A stretch of DNA of 56,204 nt, from NCBI GenBank assembly GCA_003971905.1, contig RSEE01000151.1, positions 62,001 to 118,204 of the forward strand, read 5' to 3'. Positions 38,794-51,339 of this stretch are shown here, in pieces; positions within the stretch are counted from its first letter, which is position 1, and each line of letters starts with the position of its first letter. The notes below the pieces were generated by a model. The model was not told the origin of the DNA, did not search any database, and saw nothing but the letters and a program-made list of their open reading frames with translations. Source of the DNA: Moniliella sp. 'wahieum' (Eukaryota). A program made the translations under genes and the position numbers.

Positions 38794-39502
38794 ATCGGAC
38801 CGGTCCAGCTCGACAGGCCTGCGGCGTTGGCCCCCGTATCAGGTCCTGTACTCCCCTTGAGGCGGGATACACCGAGTGGCAGTGTACTGGACGCCGCCAG
38901 TGACACGTGCGATGTGAGTCCGCGACGTCGGAGCTCAACACACAGCTTGTGAGATTGGAATTGGAATGGTCCATGCTAAGAGCGCTAAGGGATGATTGGT
39001 GGGCGCTGCGTCGCGTGATATGTATATAGACACCACCTTAGTCATTTTTATTTCCCCCCCGGCTGCACTCCTGCTATCTCCCATGGCCAGGTGCTAGCGA
39101 GAGTCCCTTCCAGAACAAAGACAGTGTCGCATCCATGCTGCCTAGCGTGCCGGACCGCCGAGCTTGCCAGCTACAATCCGCCACATGGTTCGTACTTTTC
39201 CAGAATCCTCATTGCTGCCTCAATTGTTTACGATCAACGAGGCACGCGAATGCAGAGTCGATCCAGACTATCAAACTGGCTGCACTTGGACCTCTCTGTC
39301 GCATCCATCCTCTGTGCATGGTAGTGAACTGGCATGAAGATTTTCTCTCCAGACTGCCGAGCATATAACTCACTCGCTCACTAGTTTCGTTGATGGCAGG
39401 GCCATGGGAACGTTGGAATGCGTCGATTTACACCATATACAAGGCTCTGTTCTTCCAAGTGTGCACTGGTATCCGCTTAAGCCCGAGTCTCAGATCTCAC
39501 CT

Positions 39503-40307
39503 TTACCCAGCCGGTCTGAACTGGTGGTAGTACGCGCGCAATCGTGTTTCACATGTGGTAGGGAAGGACTCAGGCAGGCTAGCGATTTGGCGTCCTAAGG
39601 GAAGTATGGTAAGTAGGTTAGTTTTTGTGACGGCAGCACGAACAAAGGAATAAGGACGGCGGTTGCGCACCCGGTAGCCTGCCCTACAGTCATACTGGGG
39701 ACCATGGTATTGGGGCGAGAATGGTGCCGTCTAGATGACGGCCGATCCTTGATATAGCACCACCCCCCCCACCACGCAGTTTGCGGCCAATGTCGACATG
39801 GCTCCAATCGCCGAGGCCTGGAATGATGGAGCCAGGCCCGATGCGGACATAGTCGCCCATTTTGAGGGCAAAATAAAAAGGACCCTTGTAGGTCTTGTAC
39901 GGCGGGCGGAGAATGCTGCCATCGTCAAGAGACAGTACCGTCCGGTGGATATGACGACGCCAGAGCGCTGCTGGACGGCGGCAAGAGCAGCAGCTCGTTG
40001 GGCAGCTTGCTTGGTCGCCGCCGTTCCCGCCCCGTCTGCGGCCGTGTGAGCTAGGCTGCTGGCGGGTGGGGCGGCAATGGGCCGTTTGAGGTCACCACGA
40101 AGAATCACACCCTCTTGATAATGCACCGGCCACCGAGCATGATGTTGCTGCTGCCTTGGATCACGGCACGGCGAGAGACCTTGTTCCGGGTGGGGTTGGT
40201 GATGACATACTCGGACACATGGTACGCTGGCACCTGCTCGCCGCCCACGATGCATGGTCCGACAGGACGGCAGCGGCGGAAGCCATCGGGTGCTGGGATA
40301 CCGCCAT
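39503..40307 (-). CDS. DCTN5: Dynactin subunit 5 (p25), left-handed beta-helix protein
   Basis: SEYVITNPTRNKVSRRAVIQGSSNIMLGGRCII, GVILRGDLKR, ISTGRYCL, ILRPPYKTYKG, KMGDYVRIG. Last exon GRQIASLPESFPTTCETRLRAYYHQFRPAG-stop follows intron 39670-39595 (CTAAC branch). Frameshifted; start approximate. Confidence 0.85.
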
Positions 40308-42904
40308 GGCCGTACACACTGTGTAGGAGGCAGGCGTAGGAGAGAAGAGATAGAGAGAACAGTGAGAGGGTCAGGGCACTGCGAGGGGTGGAGATGGTGC
40401 GCGTGGTGGCTTCAGGCCTACAGAATGCGCTTGCCTGGTGGTGGGGACCCTTGTGGGTGCCCTGCAATCCTCCGTTGATTAATCATGGCCCGCGCCAACC
40501 CGCCCTGGAAATTTGTCCCAGGGCGTAGGAGGCGGAGCGCAGTGCTTGTCAGGGTCTCCAGGGATGGGATGTTAGTACTTAGTACTTGGCTGGTATATAA
40601 AGTTTCTCTACAGAGGCCGCTTTGGACCTTATCACAAAGAACAAGAGTGTGGCATTGATTCCCTCAGGGCTGAGCCTCAGCCTTACCTCGGTTTAGCAAT
40701 TGATGCAAGCTAAGGCAAGACCGAGGATATAACCATGACATGTGACATGGGACAAGCAGCGCAGCATTCTTCTTGAACAAGAAGCACACGAGAATGAGTT
40801 GAACAGAGCGCAACTAAGAGCAAAAGAGAAAAGTTGAAAGGGAAATGCATTTTGCTCAACCTCAGGAGAGGTGGGATGGGCAGACGTAGACAACAGTTAT
40901 CAAGCAGAGAAGAGTTTATACGCACTGGTGAAAACCCAAGGATATGCTAGGACAAGGGGTGCTAGGACGAGCAGCTGTCGGTACGAATGTAGCATGCCGT
41001 ATGCACGGGCGAAGACAGGCGAGCGAGCCAGTTGAACTTATGCGCCCCGGTTGCTTTCTGCGCCCCCAACCTGGTCAACCACTGAACCTATCCCCTCGCG
41101 GCTTCGACCTCACCCAAACGGACTAGCCAAAAACAGGCACGATGGCTCCACGGCCATCCCTTGCTCTTCGGATAGCCGAGGCATTGTTCCAGCCCAAAAG
41201 TAATTTACTCTCGAGCGGCGTTACTTCTTTGAGGAGTGGGTCCGCACGTAGGAGTAGAAGGCTGGGTGGGCGATAATCATGGAACAAAGAACGTCGAGTA
41301 TTCCGTTCGCCAGCGTGTGGGATAGTGGCCGACGGACGTAACCCTAAAGAGGGCCAGTCGCTGTGCTAGCACCACCGCTTGGGGGACCCTCAGTCATCCC
41401 TTTCCTATCGCAGTCGACAGGGGAAAGGTAGTACAGGAGATAACCTGCGTGGACAAGGGGACAATGTGTTGCTGAATTGCGTTGCCATCTCCCTCTGTCT
41501 AACAAAAGACGGATGTGAACTCAAATTGTGGTGCGGTGCCATGTCTTCCTAGCTCGCCAGTGGGGCGCATCTTACAAGACATCCTGTTTTCACATGTGAA
41601 AGTCAGTGATGAGCAAAAACGCAATGGTGGGGATTTACGCCAACCCCTGCATGCATACCGCCGAGCAAGCCGACGCTCGTCATGCCGTTGCGCCCCTTGC
41701 CTCACATCCTTCCCTCTTACCGGTATTGTCGCCCACATCGGCTCGTACCTAGGATCCTAAACCTGGAAGGGGAAAAATTGGACGAGGGGGGCGGGCGTAA
41801 AAGTATGCAGAGTGGTCTTGATGCTTCGCGCTCGGTTGAGACAAAGGGCGATCACATTTTGAACGTAGTAACGGGATGGATGGGAGGACTCAACAGCTCC
41901 TGCAAAAGAACATCTTCGTGTTACTCGTCAACCCTGCTTGCTTCGAGACAGACAAGACTGAGCACTGGCTTCGGAAATCGAACTCATCTTTGCAGCCACG
42001 AGAGCGCGAAAGGGCCCACACTGATCACGCCGCTGAGATCAGCGGGCAGCGCAGCGCCAACACACATGTTGAACATGGAACATGCTAGCAGGGAGGATGC
42101 CTTGGCACGAGGGAGAAGTGAGTAGTAGGCGCCTCGACGCCAGGCCAGTAGTGATGCCAACCCTGATTATGCACGTTTAACGGTACAAGGGCTGGGAAGA
42201 GGTCCGGGGCAATCCAGCACGCGAGGGTTGGGAATGCATCCTAAGCGACGTGTATCCAGTGTAGGGTGAACAGTGCCGAGTCCAGCACAGTAGCTCACGT
42301 ATGGTTGATGGCATGTTCAAGGGGGCGTCGCACAAAATGGAGAGGATGGGGAGTGTAAGACCAGACGAAACGCAAGAATTTGGATGGAGAACCTGAGGAG
42401 CATCAGTAAGCGTTGACAACCGTTCGAACACGCCGGAGCATGCACGCGTGGGCTTCGGAGGGAAAGAAGGGGACAGGGGGTGGTGACAAAGCGCTGCGGC
42501 CTGCAAACGGGACGCAGGTCGCAACAGGTAGAGTGCCTCTGGCGAAGGCAGGCGGCTGGTGCACAGGTGGGGGCGGGGCGTGGCTGCGTCCTGGTGGGCA
42601 GGAGCGACTGACGTCAGCGCGTCAGCGGTCAACGTGGTCAACCTGGTCCGCATTCCACTTTTCAATTCCAGCCGCCGAAATTTCAGGCTTCTCACCCTGT
42701 TCGACAACCGATGTGGGGGGCGGAGAGCGGCGGGTGGGGTTATGCAGCGTCGGGCGAATGGATGGACACGCGCCCTGCATGGCTGTGTTTTATATAGGCC
42801 TCCGCTGGCGCCACCCCCGTCGGGCCGCAGCAACTAGTGACGCCGACGGTACTGGCAGCGCCAGGCATATACAAGCGAGCACAACAATGGGTTGGGCAGC
42901 CTCC

Positions 42905-42910
42905 TATAAA
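42905..42910 (+). promoter_or_regulatory. Putative TATA box of the carboxylesterase gene
   Basis: TATAAA ~90 nt before ATG 42995, followed by a C-rich leader; a second TTTATATA lies near 42789. Confidence 0.45.
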
Positions 42911-42994
42911 CACACCCACTCCTCTCCCCCCCTCCCCCCGCCACCATCTCTCCACCCCCCCCCACTTCCCCACCACCCCACTCTCTCTCCCATA

Positions 42995-44899
42995 ATGCTC
43001 TCCAAGCACCTCTCCTGCCGCTTTGCGCACTCGCCATCCCCGTTTGCTCACTTCCTTGTTGCTTCTGCCGTGCTCGTTGCACTTCTCCTAGCAACACACG
43101 ACACTCACCTATTTGTCGCCGCCGCCGTCATTCCTCCCTCGCCCCACCCGTCTCTTTCAGACACGCTGATCGTTGATTTGGGCCACGCACAGTACGCCGG
43201 AGTGCTCAACGCAACGGCCCAGGTGGCTAGCTGGAAAGGCATTGCTTACGCCGCTCCGCCTACCGGTCCACTCCGCTTCTTTGCCCCGACTCCTCCGCTT
43301 CATCGCACCGCCGTCGTGGCAGCCACCGACTGGCCCGACCAATGTGTCCAAGGCAGCCCAGGCAGTCCAGGCATTGCCCCCAATAGCTCCGAAGACTGTC
43401 TCTACCTCAACATCTTTGCACCGGCCCACCATGCTCACAAGCTTCCCGTTCTCGTATGGCTCCCAGGCGGAGGTATGTGAGATGCCGTCTTTTCGTTACG
43501 CCAGAGCTCTGTGGGCCTCCTAACATGTCGTATTTTTGCTTTGTCCATCAAGGTTTTACTCAAGGTAACGCACAGCTCGATGCGACTGACAACGTTGTCG
43601 AAAGCAAACACAACGTGGTGATAGTTACCGTTCAATACCGTCTGGGAGCGCTCGGCTTCTTGCCGGCCTCCAACCTGACCAAGGCAGGCGCGGCGCTTAA
43701 TGCAGGCTTGCTAGATCAGCGTGCTGCTCTGTCTTTTGTCCGTCGCCATATCTCCAAGTTTGGTGGCGACCCCACACAAGTCACCCTCGGTGGGCAAAGC
43801 GCTGGAGGTGGGAGCACCATCTTTCATGTTCATTCTCCAGGATCCCATGGTCTATTTCACCAAGTAGCTACAGTTTCTCCCTTTGTCCTCATATATACCG
43901 CCCGACCGATCCTCTTCCTCAGCAAGCTCTTGCTGCCGTCGTCAACGCGACTAATTGCACTTTTCCCCTCCGGGAAACCCGGAAAAGGCCCTTGGCTGTT
44001 TGCAAAACGCTTCTGCGGAGCAACTTTTCCAAGGGAGCTTTACCGCCCAGATACAGTACCCTCTTGGCTTGGGGGGGCTTCCCGTTCTTGATAATAACAC
44101 TGTATCGCAGTATCCTTCTCCTCTGCTGGCCACCTCCACCTGCACACTCAATGGCGCAGTGCGATGGTTGGACACAATGCCGAGGATGGTCCGGCACTGG
44201 TGACGCAGCAGGTGACCAACGAAACGGCTTTCCAGTCCTTTGTCGCAACCATGTTCCCTCATCTGAATACAGATGAGCAAGCACGTGTGCGGAGTATGTA
44301 CCCGCTCGATGGGAACGTGCAGAACAATTATGCCACGGACGGCTTGACCACCCACCCCTTCGCGTCCACGGTCAATAGTGCCGCTCACGCCCATCAAGCT
44401 CGAGCAGACTTGGTATACGGAGAGGCGTTTGTGGCGTGCCCGAGCTATTGGCTGGCTAACCACTATACTAATAAGAACCGTTCGGCATGGGTATACCAGT
44501 ACTCGATTGTGCCGGCGTACCATGGTGCTGACATGCCCGCACTTTGGTCGAACGTGCACACCCTCCCTGGCCCAACGGTGGAGCCGCGGCAAGCTGACTG
44601 GCTCGGCGCACCATTCCAATCGCTCTTCAAGCACATCTGGAACCAGTATGCCATCACGGGAGAGGCCTACTCGAATGCATGGCCCCGGTGGACACACCAT
44701 GAACCTATGCTGCTCAATCTTAACCAGACTGGCGGCCAGCCCAAACGCTGCCCTTTTCTCGCCCAACGCTACCGTCTCCTACTTCACCTCCCCGGGACTG
44801 AATCCTTCCGTGTCGCATCATACGGCCAAAGACTGGGAAGCGGGACGGTACGGACGCTGCCAGGAATGGGCCAACTTGGCCGCAAAAGCCTTCTCGTAA
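42995..44899 (+). CDS. Secreted type-B carboxylesterase/lipase (alpha/beta hydrolase); intron 43473-43552
   Basis: Hydrophobic N-terminal segment FLVASAVLVALLLA; WKGIAYAAPPTGPLRF; SEDCLYLNIFAP; LPVLVWLPGG/GF; VTVQYRLGALGF; NAGLLDQRAAL; FGGDPTQVTLGGQSAGG (catalytic Ser); NAEDG (acid); YHGAD (His). Indels in the 3' half. Confidence 0.9.
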
Positions 44900-47800
44900 A
44901 CACATGATCGATAAACTCCTCTCGTTCCCTTTTTTGAGACTCTGTGTGTTATGGCTGATCGCCTCGGTCTTGTCCCACATATATGGCCAACGGTGCAGAG
45001 GCGCAGCTCCTCCACGGTTATTGGTGGGACGTACATGGGTATTAGCACGAAGTGTAGAAGGTAGAGAAGAGTACATCTGGACGGAGAGCGGCGGCGGGGT
45101 CATGGGTCTGGTTGTGCAGGGGAGAGTGTGTAAAGATGGGTGGTACTGTGAGGTGTAGCTGCTGAATGGTGTGGACGGTGGGGCGGGGTCTCTGAGTACG
45201 CAAGAGAGAGATGTAGGAGAGTCGGAGCATAGGGGGGCTGCATTGCTATATGGAGGGGAGACAGCAGCCCAGTACAAGGGCTAGTACGGGGGTAATTAAA
45301 TACTGCCCCCGTGCGTGCCCTGAGAGGATACTGCCTGTGTGGTCACAGTCCTGTGGATACGGAGGTATGCAATCGACGGTGAAGTATGCACTGTTCGGGT
45401 GTCAGACTCTCACTGTGCCAGGGGGGCTTGTCCCATTAGTAGTAGACCTGTATGGGCACTGTGATGTGGTTCCTATCTGTTCGGAGATCCTGTGTTCACC
45501 TCTCGACTGTCTCCAACAGTCTGTCCATAGATGTATCCACAATCTATCTGCTTCCCTTTCCTCCATCTCACGTTTCCTAACACCGGATGCTTGCCTCGGA
45601 AACACGGCCCGAGTCGCTTTCCTTAGTACCACAATATATTCATAAGACAGTATCTGCAGAAGGAAGTTAAACGATATACACACGTCCGAAGAGAGTCGGT
45701 ATAACCACAAGTCGGCACCCTACAGTGAGAGGTGCAGTGGGTAGACCAAGCGCCACAGACCTGAGTGGCGTCTATGCGACCTTGTCCTGGCTGTTATCGA
45801 AGCATCCCCAAGCCCGAGAAGCATGGCTGACAAGCCGATCTCTTTCATCCGTGTCTCCGTGCCAGCACATGGGAGGATGTTTTGGAGGGAAGAGGCGCGG
45901 GAAAGCGCGACATGTGGCTGGCGTTGGGCAAAGGTAAATGCGATGCGTGGACTCCGGCATGCGCGCGGGTTGACCCTGGGGCTGGTTAGTAGCCATAACA
46001 AAAACAAAAGAAGGGGCAATGGGAAACTGCTTACAGCTGATGTGAATGAGGCAATCCCCATCCTGCTCACTTGTTGACGAGATGCGGAAGATGGTGAAGG
46101 ACTGACCGGCGGCATGGCCTTTCCCGAGATGATGATGCCGGTGATGATGGCACAAATGGAAGGTTGACCAGGGGGGAACGACAATGAGATGGGAACGCCA
46201 TTAACCAAACCTGCGCCGTGGTTGGACGCCTTTTTGCCATCGTATCGCTCCCACTTCTTTCGCCGCTCGCTTAATCCGCGGGGATCGGCGATATACACCG
46301 AGCAGCCGCATGGGATGAACGGACATGCCTGGGATGCGGTGCCAGCACCGAGTTCCCCAATGAGACGCCTTAGATGAACGAAATGCACACGCAAACACAC
46401 GGGCAAAACAGCATAGACCCACTTCGGTCGAAAATGGCACGCAGGCCACGAAGATGGACCAGATTAACAGGCTGGTATACCCACCGGCCTGCTTCTCTTG
46501 GTCACGACCTGCGGTGCACAGGCGCTGGCGGAACAGTGATTGTTGCCGGACAGGCAGAACGAGACAATTCGGTAACTGACTGGGCCGGTGACAGCACAAA
46601 TCGTTGAATGCACAAGGGTATACCACAAAAGGCATATCAGGAGCCCGCCGTGTGGGCATCCGGCCTAGCGCCAACCGGCGGGGCTGAGGGTGGAGGCGGC
46701 GGGGACAAGGAGATGAGCAACGGGAACACAGCCCTGCTGCGAGTGGCAAACAGAAGATGCGAGGCTGAAGCCCTACCTTATCGCAGTTCACAGCCACTCG
46801 CGGCCCGGAACCGTTCTACGGGCACGGGGATAACGGGCAGACACAACAGAGCGGCATCGAATGGCCTCTGCTCCTCGGCAGCAACTTCGGGCCTTCCGTG
46901 TTGGCGCAGTCGCGGAGAGTGAGAAGTGTGCCTTGCCGTTGGCAGTGGTGCTGCCTCTGGCCAAGCGCACAGTGGGGGCACTCCCTCCTTTGGCACTGGG
47001 CACGACTGCCGAGGACGTTGTTGTCGCAACAGCTGCACGAATGTGGGCGCTCCGACTGCGTCTGGCCAATATAATGTCAGCAACTTGGGCCCGGCAGAAG
47101 GATACGAACCACGTACAGGTATCTCCACCAAATTGGCAAGCTGAGCCCATCTTGGGTCGGTAAGCCCAAGAGATGCGGGCACCGCGGGCAAGCGCATCAC
47201 GAAGGACACCCAGCAGCTGCACAACTTTTCATCCTGTTGGCCGCACACCCCCATGTAAGACCCACATTCCTCGGGCTTGAGCGAGCCGATCTGCAGGTGC
47301 GCGATCCCTTCTTCATCAGCACCAGGTCGCGGCAGAAGCCGGCCAAGATTCGATCTACATCTTCGTAATGGTCCTCGATATGTTTCAACGCCTGTCCGTT
47401 GCTCTCACCACCCCCACGCCCCAGGTCATCGTAGACAGCGGCTCTTGCCCAACCTGCCCCGCCGCCATTCGAGCTTGTCATTGCTTGGAGGGGTGTTTGA
47501 TCGTTGGCGGAGGAAATGCCTCTGAGTATAGGGAAGCGATCACTTGCTTAATCCATCGGCTATTCTCCTGCGCCTAGCGTATTGGTACCCGTTCAGCGCG
47601 CTGGTCAGTATGTCACTGGAGAGCAAGGGTTGGGTGGTTCCGCACATGATGAACAATAAGTGGATGTAGTAGAAGAAAAGAGCGAAACTGCATTGGCACG
47701 TCTCGCCCTTCGGGGCAGCCGTATGGCCGAAAGAAGGCGAGGGTGCCATAGGCGTGTCGCATGCGAACAGGAGCCAAAAGCGGACCGACGAGATGCCTCA

Positions 47801-48508
47801 CCGCCTCACAGAGTGCCTTGGAAGCGTCAACCCCCTTGGCCGCAGCACCACCACAGGGGACAGGTGCGATATGAGCCCAGTCGCATCAGGGATCCCAGCA
47901 GGCCCACTGTAATGGAATGCACCATATCCACCCCGTCTTACCAGTGCCTTGAATAGAAGCAAGCGGAATACCACCACTGTCGGCACCCGAAAGCCTAAGG
48001 CACCCACATGGGATGGCAAGGAGCAAAGAGCTTTGTCCAGCGGCAACCCTTGCAACGCGGGCGCAGAGCCGCCTGTGGCCCAACCCCAGCGCCGCGGCCT
48101 GGGGACGCAGCGTACGCGCCGACCGTCCTAGGACGCCTGCTTTGACCTGGCGGTGCGCACGCACCAAATCATCGATAGCTGGTGGCCAGGCCTCCTCGGA
48201 TCGGTCCTGAGGGAGGCCAAACGTCGACCGAGGAGCCTCCCTGCCAGCCGCCTTCTCAAGGAGCAAGCAGGTTAAACGCATCGCGGTCGTCGAGATGATC
48301 TAGATAGGTAATTACCAAGCGACCCGCGGCCTGCTTGAGGGGTTACAAGGGCATGCCCACCCCACCCATTCAGGGTTGAGACAACTTTGACTGGAAGACC
48401 ACGGGAGTGAGTTAGTTTGAGTAGCCCAAGGCTGTAGCTATCCACCCATACCACTCTCACTGTGATGCGACGCCTGGTCTTGGTGTGTCGGGGGGGTGTG
48501 TCAGGCAT

Positions 48509-48577
48509 GGTGGTGGGTGAGGGGGTGAGGGTTAGGGTGGGGTGGGTGAGGGGGGTGAGGGTTAGGGTGGGTGGGTG
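48509..48577 (+). repeat. Degenerate telomere-like G-rich tract (duplicated ~29-bp unit containing TGAGGG-TTAGGG)
   Basis: GGTGGGTGAGGGGGTGAGGGTTAGGGTGG at 48512-48540, repeated with one extra G at 48541-48570. Confidence 0.7.
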
Positions 48578-48643
48578 TAACTTTTGAACGGGGCGTCGGA
48601 TTGAAAAACGGAGGGCATATGCTGCATAGAGCGGACGATTTTA

Positions 48644-48774
48644 TAGCGAGCTATCGCCTCGGCATAACTCTCAACCCTTTGGGTAGCGAGCTATCGCCTC
48701 GGCATAACTCTCAACCCTTTGGGTAGCGAGCTATCGCCTCGGCATAACTCTCAACCCTTTGGGTACGAGCTATC
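48644..48774. repeat. 40-bp perfect tandem repeat, 3 copies plus a partial
   Basis: TAGCGAGCTATCGCCTCGGCATAACTCTCAACCCTTTGGG at 48644, 48684 and 48724; partial copy at 48764. No spacers. Confidence 0.95.
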
Positions 48775-48988
48775 TACCCTCGGCCCTCCCCTACAAGGGT
48801 GTCCGACCGGTCCACATTCAGGGGGGATTTTTGAAACTGCTATTTTTTATGTTTCTGATGGCCGGAGCGTGTGCGGCGGCACTGTACGAGTCTCATGGTA
48901 CCATTGGCTCACCGCCACCGCCACTGGTTGGCGCACCACACCCAAAATGTGTCATAGGGGGGGGTCACCCGAGTAGTGCGCCCGCTCC

Positions 48989-49315
48989 CCATTTTTTTTT
49001 TCGATACCGTGAACCATCCAAAGTCATCATCTGTTGCACTGGCTTCGTAGCTTTCCATTGATATAGGTCTCGCAGCGCCACGACGCCTGGGGGTCTCTGT
49101 AACTGTGCGCGAAGATCGTGCACCTGGGGGGGTCATGTACTTGTTCCGCCTTTGATACCCTCTGGCCATTTTTTTTTTCGATGCCGTGAACCATCCAAAG
49201 TCATCATCTGTTGCACTGGCTTCGTAGCTTTCCATTGATATAGGTCTCGCAGCGCCACGACGCCTGGGGGTCTCTGTAACTGTGCGCGAAGATCGTGCAC
49301 CTGGGGGGTCATGTA
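48989..49315. repeat. 177-bp-period direct repeat, 2 near-identical copies
   Basis: CCATTTTTTTTTTCGATRCCGTGAACCATCC...CACCTGGGGGGTCATGTA begins at 48989 and again at 49166. Confidence 0.92.
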
Positions 49316-49451
49316 ATTAATACGCAGTTAAGCGTTGAGCGCCCACCCCGCATTGGTGTTACGTAAGGGTTCATCATCGCCCGGTTGCCCAACCGGTGAC
49401 CGCTCTCCAGCGTCGATCGGTGGCGCACGTGATTATGGTCGCCCAGCCTCT

Positions 49452-49710
49452 ACGTTCAACGTTCAAGGTTCAACGTTCAACGTTCAAGCTTCAAGCTAAG
49501 GTTCAACGTTCAACGTTCAACGTTCAACGTGTTCAACGTCCAACCGTTCAACAGTTCAACAGTTCAACGTTCAACCGCTCAGCGCTCACAACCGCTCGAC
49601 GTTCAACCGCTCAGCCTTGAGGTCAAGCTTGAGGCTCAAGGCTCAAGCTGCTCAAGGCTCAAGCTCAAGCTCAACGGTCAACTGAACGTTCAACGTTCAA
49701 CGTGTTCAAG
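49452..49710. repeat. Heptamer microsatellite (TCA-ACGT)n mixed with (TCA-AGCT) and related units
   Basis: ACGT TCA ACGT TCA AGGT TCA ACGT TCA ACGT TCA AGCT TCA AGCT... from 49452, with further runs to ~49710. Confidence 0.9.
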
Positions 49711-50383
49711 CCAGGCCGTCGGCCCGGTGGTCCTCTCGCTGCTTTACAAGTTAGAAGCTACGACGTGCGCTTGAGCTATTCTAACCATGGAACAAGCGGT
49801 GGCTTGGGCCGTGCTCGCGCAGCCCCTCGATAGCCATCTCCGAGGCGCTTCCTGGGGAGTACCGACGACCTGCCATACATCTGCGACGACTCTGCTGCGC
49901 CCGTACTCATGCAACACCCCGGCACCCATAGTGTACCATCGCTATCAGCTTGGCCGTTATAATGTTGTGGGATCATGAGTTGCAGTGCAAGCGCGTGGTG
50001 GGTGGAGAGGTCCGAGAGGTCTGGGGATGGTGCAGGCGCATGCAGATGGCCAGGTGGACAACCATCCCGCACGCAGATTGACCAGGTGTTGATCCATTCA
50101 TCAGTCCCATCAGTGCATCAGTCCAGCAGGCCAGGAGAAGGAGACGGGGGGCGCGGGGGCGTGCGAGGGGGTGCGAGGGCAGTTGGGCCTGCAGGCACGC
50201 CCGCTGAGCGCTGGCCGAGCTCTCAAACACTGGCATCTGTCGGGTGTGCAGCGTGGCGGCGTTGCCGTTGTGAACGGCAGCAAACAGGGGCAGCGGGCGT
50301 AGCGGCGGTGCTCTGCGAGGCGGCAGGCGTTGTGGCCCCAGTCGGTGGTCTCTGCAGGGGGCCGTACGTGCAGACTGCCCGAG

Positions 50384-51025
50384 TGACTAGTGACATGTGA
50401 CAGCTCAGCCGTGCGGCTCTAGCGGCGGTGCGCTGGCCACGGCAGCACCAGCACTGAGTACGTTGAGTATGTTGAGTACGTTGAGTACGTTGAATGTTGC
50501 ATCATGCAGTATTCACCGGTCACCAGCGCTGAGGCGCTGCGGCGCAGGCGGTGGCAGAATTACCACACAGGTGCAGTGGCTGCACCTCCGCTGAGCCCGA
50601 GGCCCGGCGTTCGGAGCACTGGACCGCGGGCGTATGGATCATCGATCCATCGATCATCGCCGATGAGTCACCGAGCCACGCCGATGACCGAGGACGTCGA
50701 TCATCGAATCATCGAATCATCAATATAATCACGTACAATGATGTAATGGGTACTGAGTACGTACTGAGTACTGAGTACTGAGTACTGACGAGTGACGCGT
50801 GAGGAGTGACTAGTGACTGGTGACTAGTGACTGGCTTGGACATGCGTGGTACTGCGGTGGCTGGTGCGCTGATGCACTGATGGCGCGTGATATGTGACAG
50901 GTGACGCGTTGCGGTGATGCAGCGCAGGGGCATGCAGCATGCGCGAGTTGAATTTGACATGCGAGATGACATGTCCATGCATGCATGCTGTGTGGCCTGT
51001 GGCCTGTGGCATGTGACATGTGACA
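50384..51025. repeat. Cluster of mixed TGA-N4 heptamer arrays
   Basis: TGA CTAG TGA CATG TGA (50384); TGAGTACGT 9-mers (~50455-50495); ten in-phase TGA-N4 units at 50765-50834; TGT GGCC repeats and TGA CATG TGA (~50990-51025). Confidence 0.85.
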
Positions 51026-51339
51026 GTCGCGCGCATGGGCGGCACGGGCCGGCAGCGTGCTGCGGGATGCATGCTCAGAGACCAGTGCGGTGCTGCGCCG
51101 GCAGTGGCCGTGGATCGGGGATCGCTGATCGACGCTGCCAGGGACGCTGGCCTGGGGCGGACGCCACTGACTGTGAGCTGTGCCGTGCTGCGAGTTGCAA
51201 CCCCGCCGGCCAAGCACACAGCGGCTGCAACGTACAGCACACATCAGCTCCATCTGGGCGTGCTCCCATGCTCATTCCATCCTGGCAGCGCTCCTTTGGC
51301 CCAGATCCGACGTTGGAAACACTCAGATTGACCTCCTCG

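Noticed and set aside
40690..42400. Coding gene between DCTN5 and the carboxylesterase
   Set aside because: Only short ORFs with stops and no recognisable motifs; probably decayed repeat DNA.
48644..48774. CRISPR-like array of 40-bp repeats
   Set aside because: Units are contiguous with no spacers, the context is eukaryotic and there are no cas genes.
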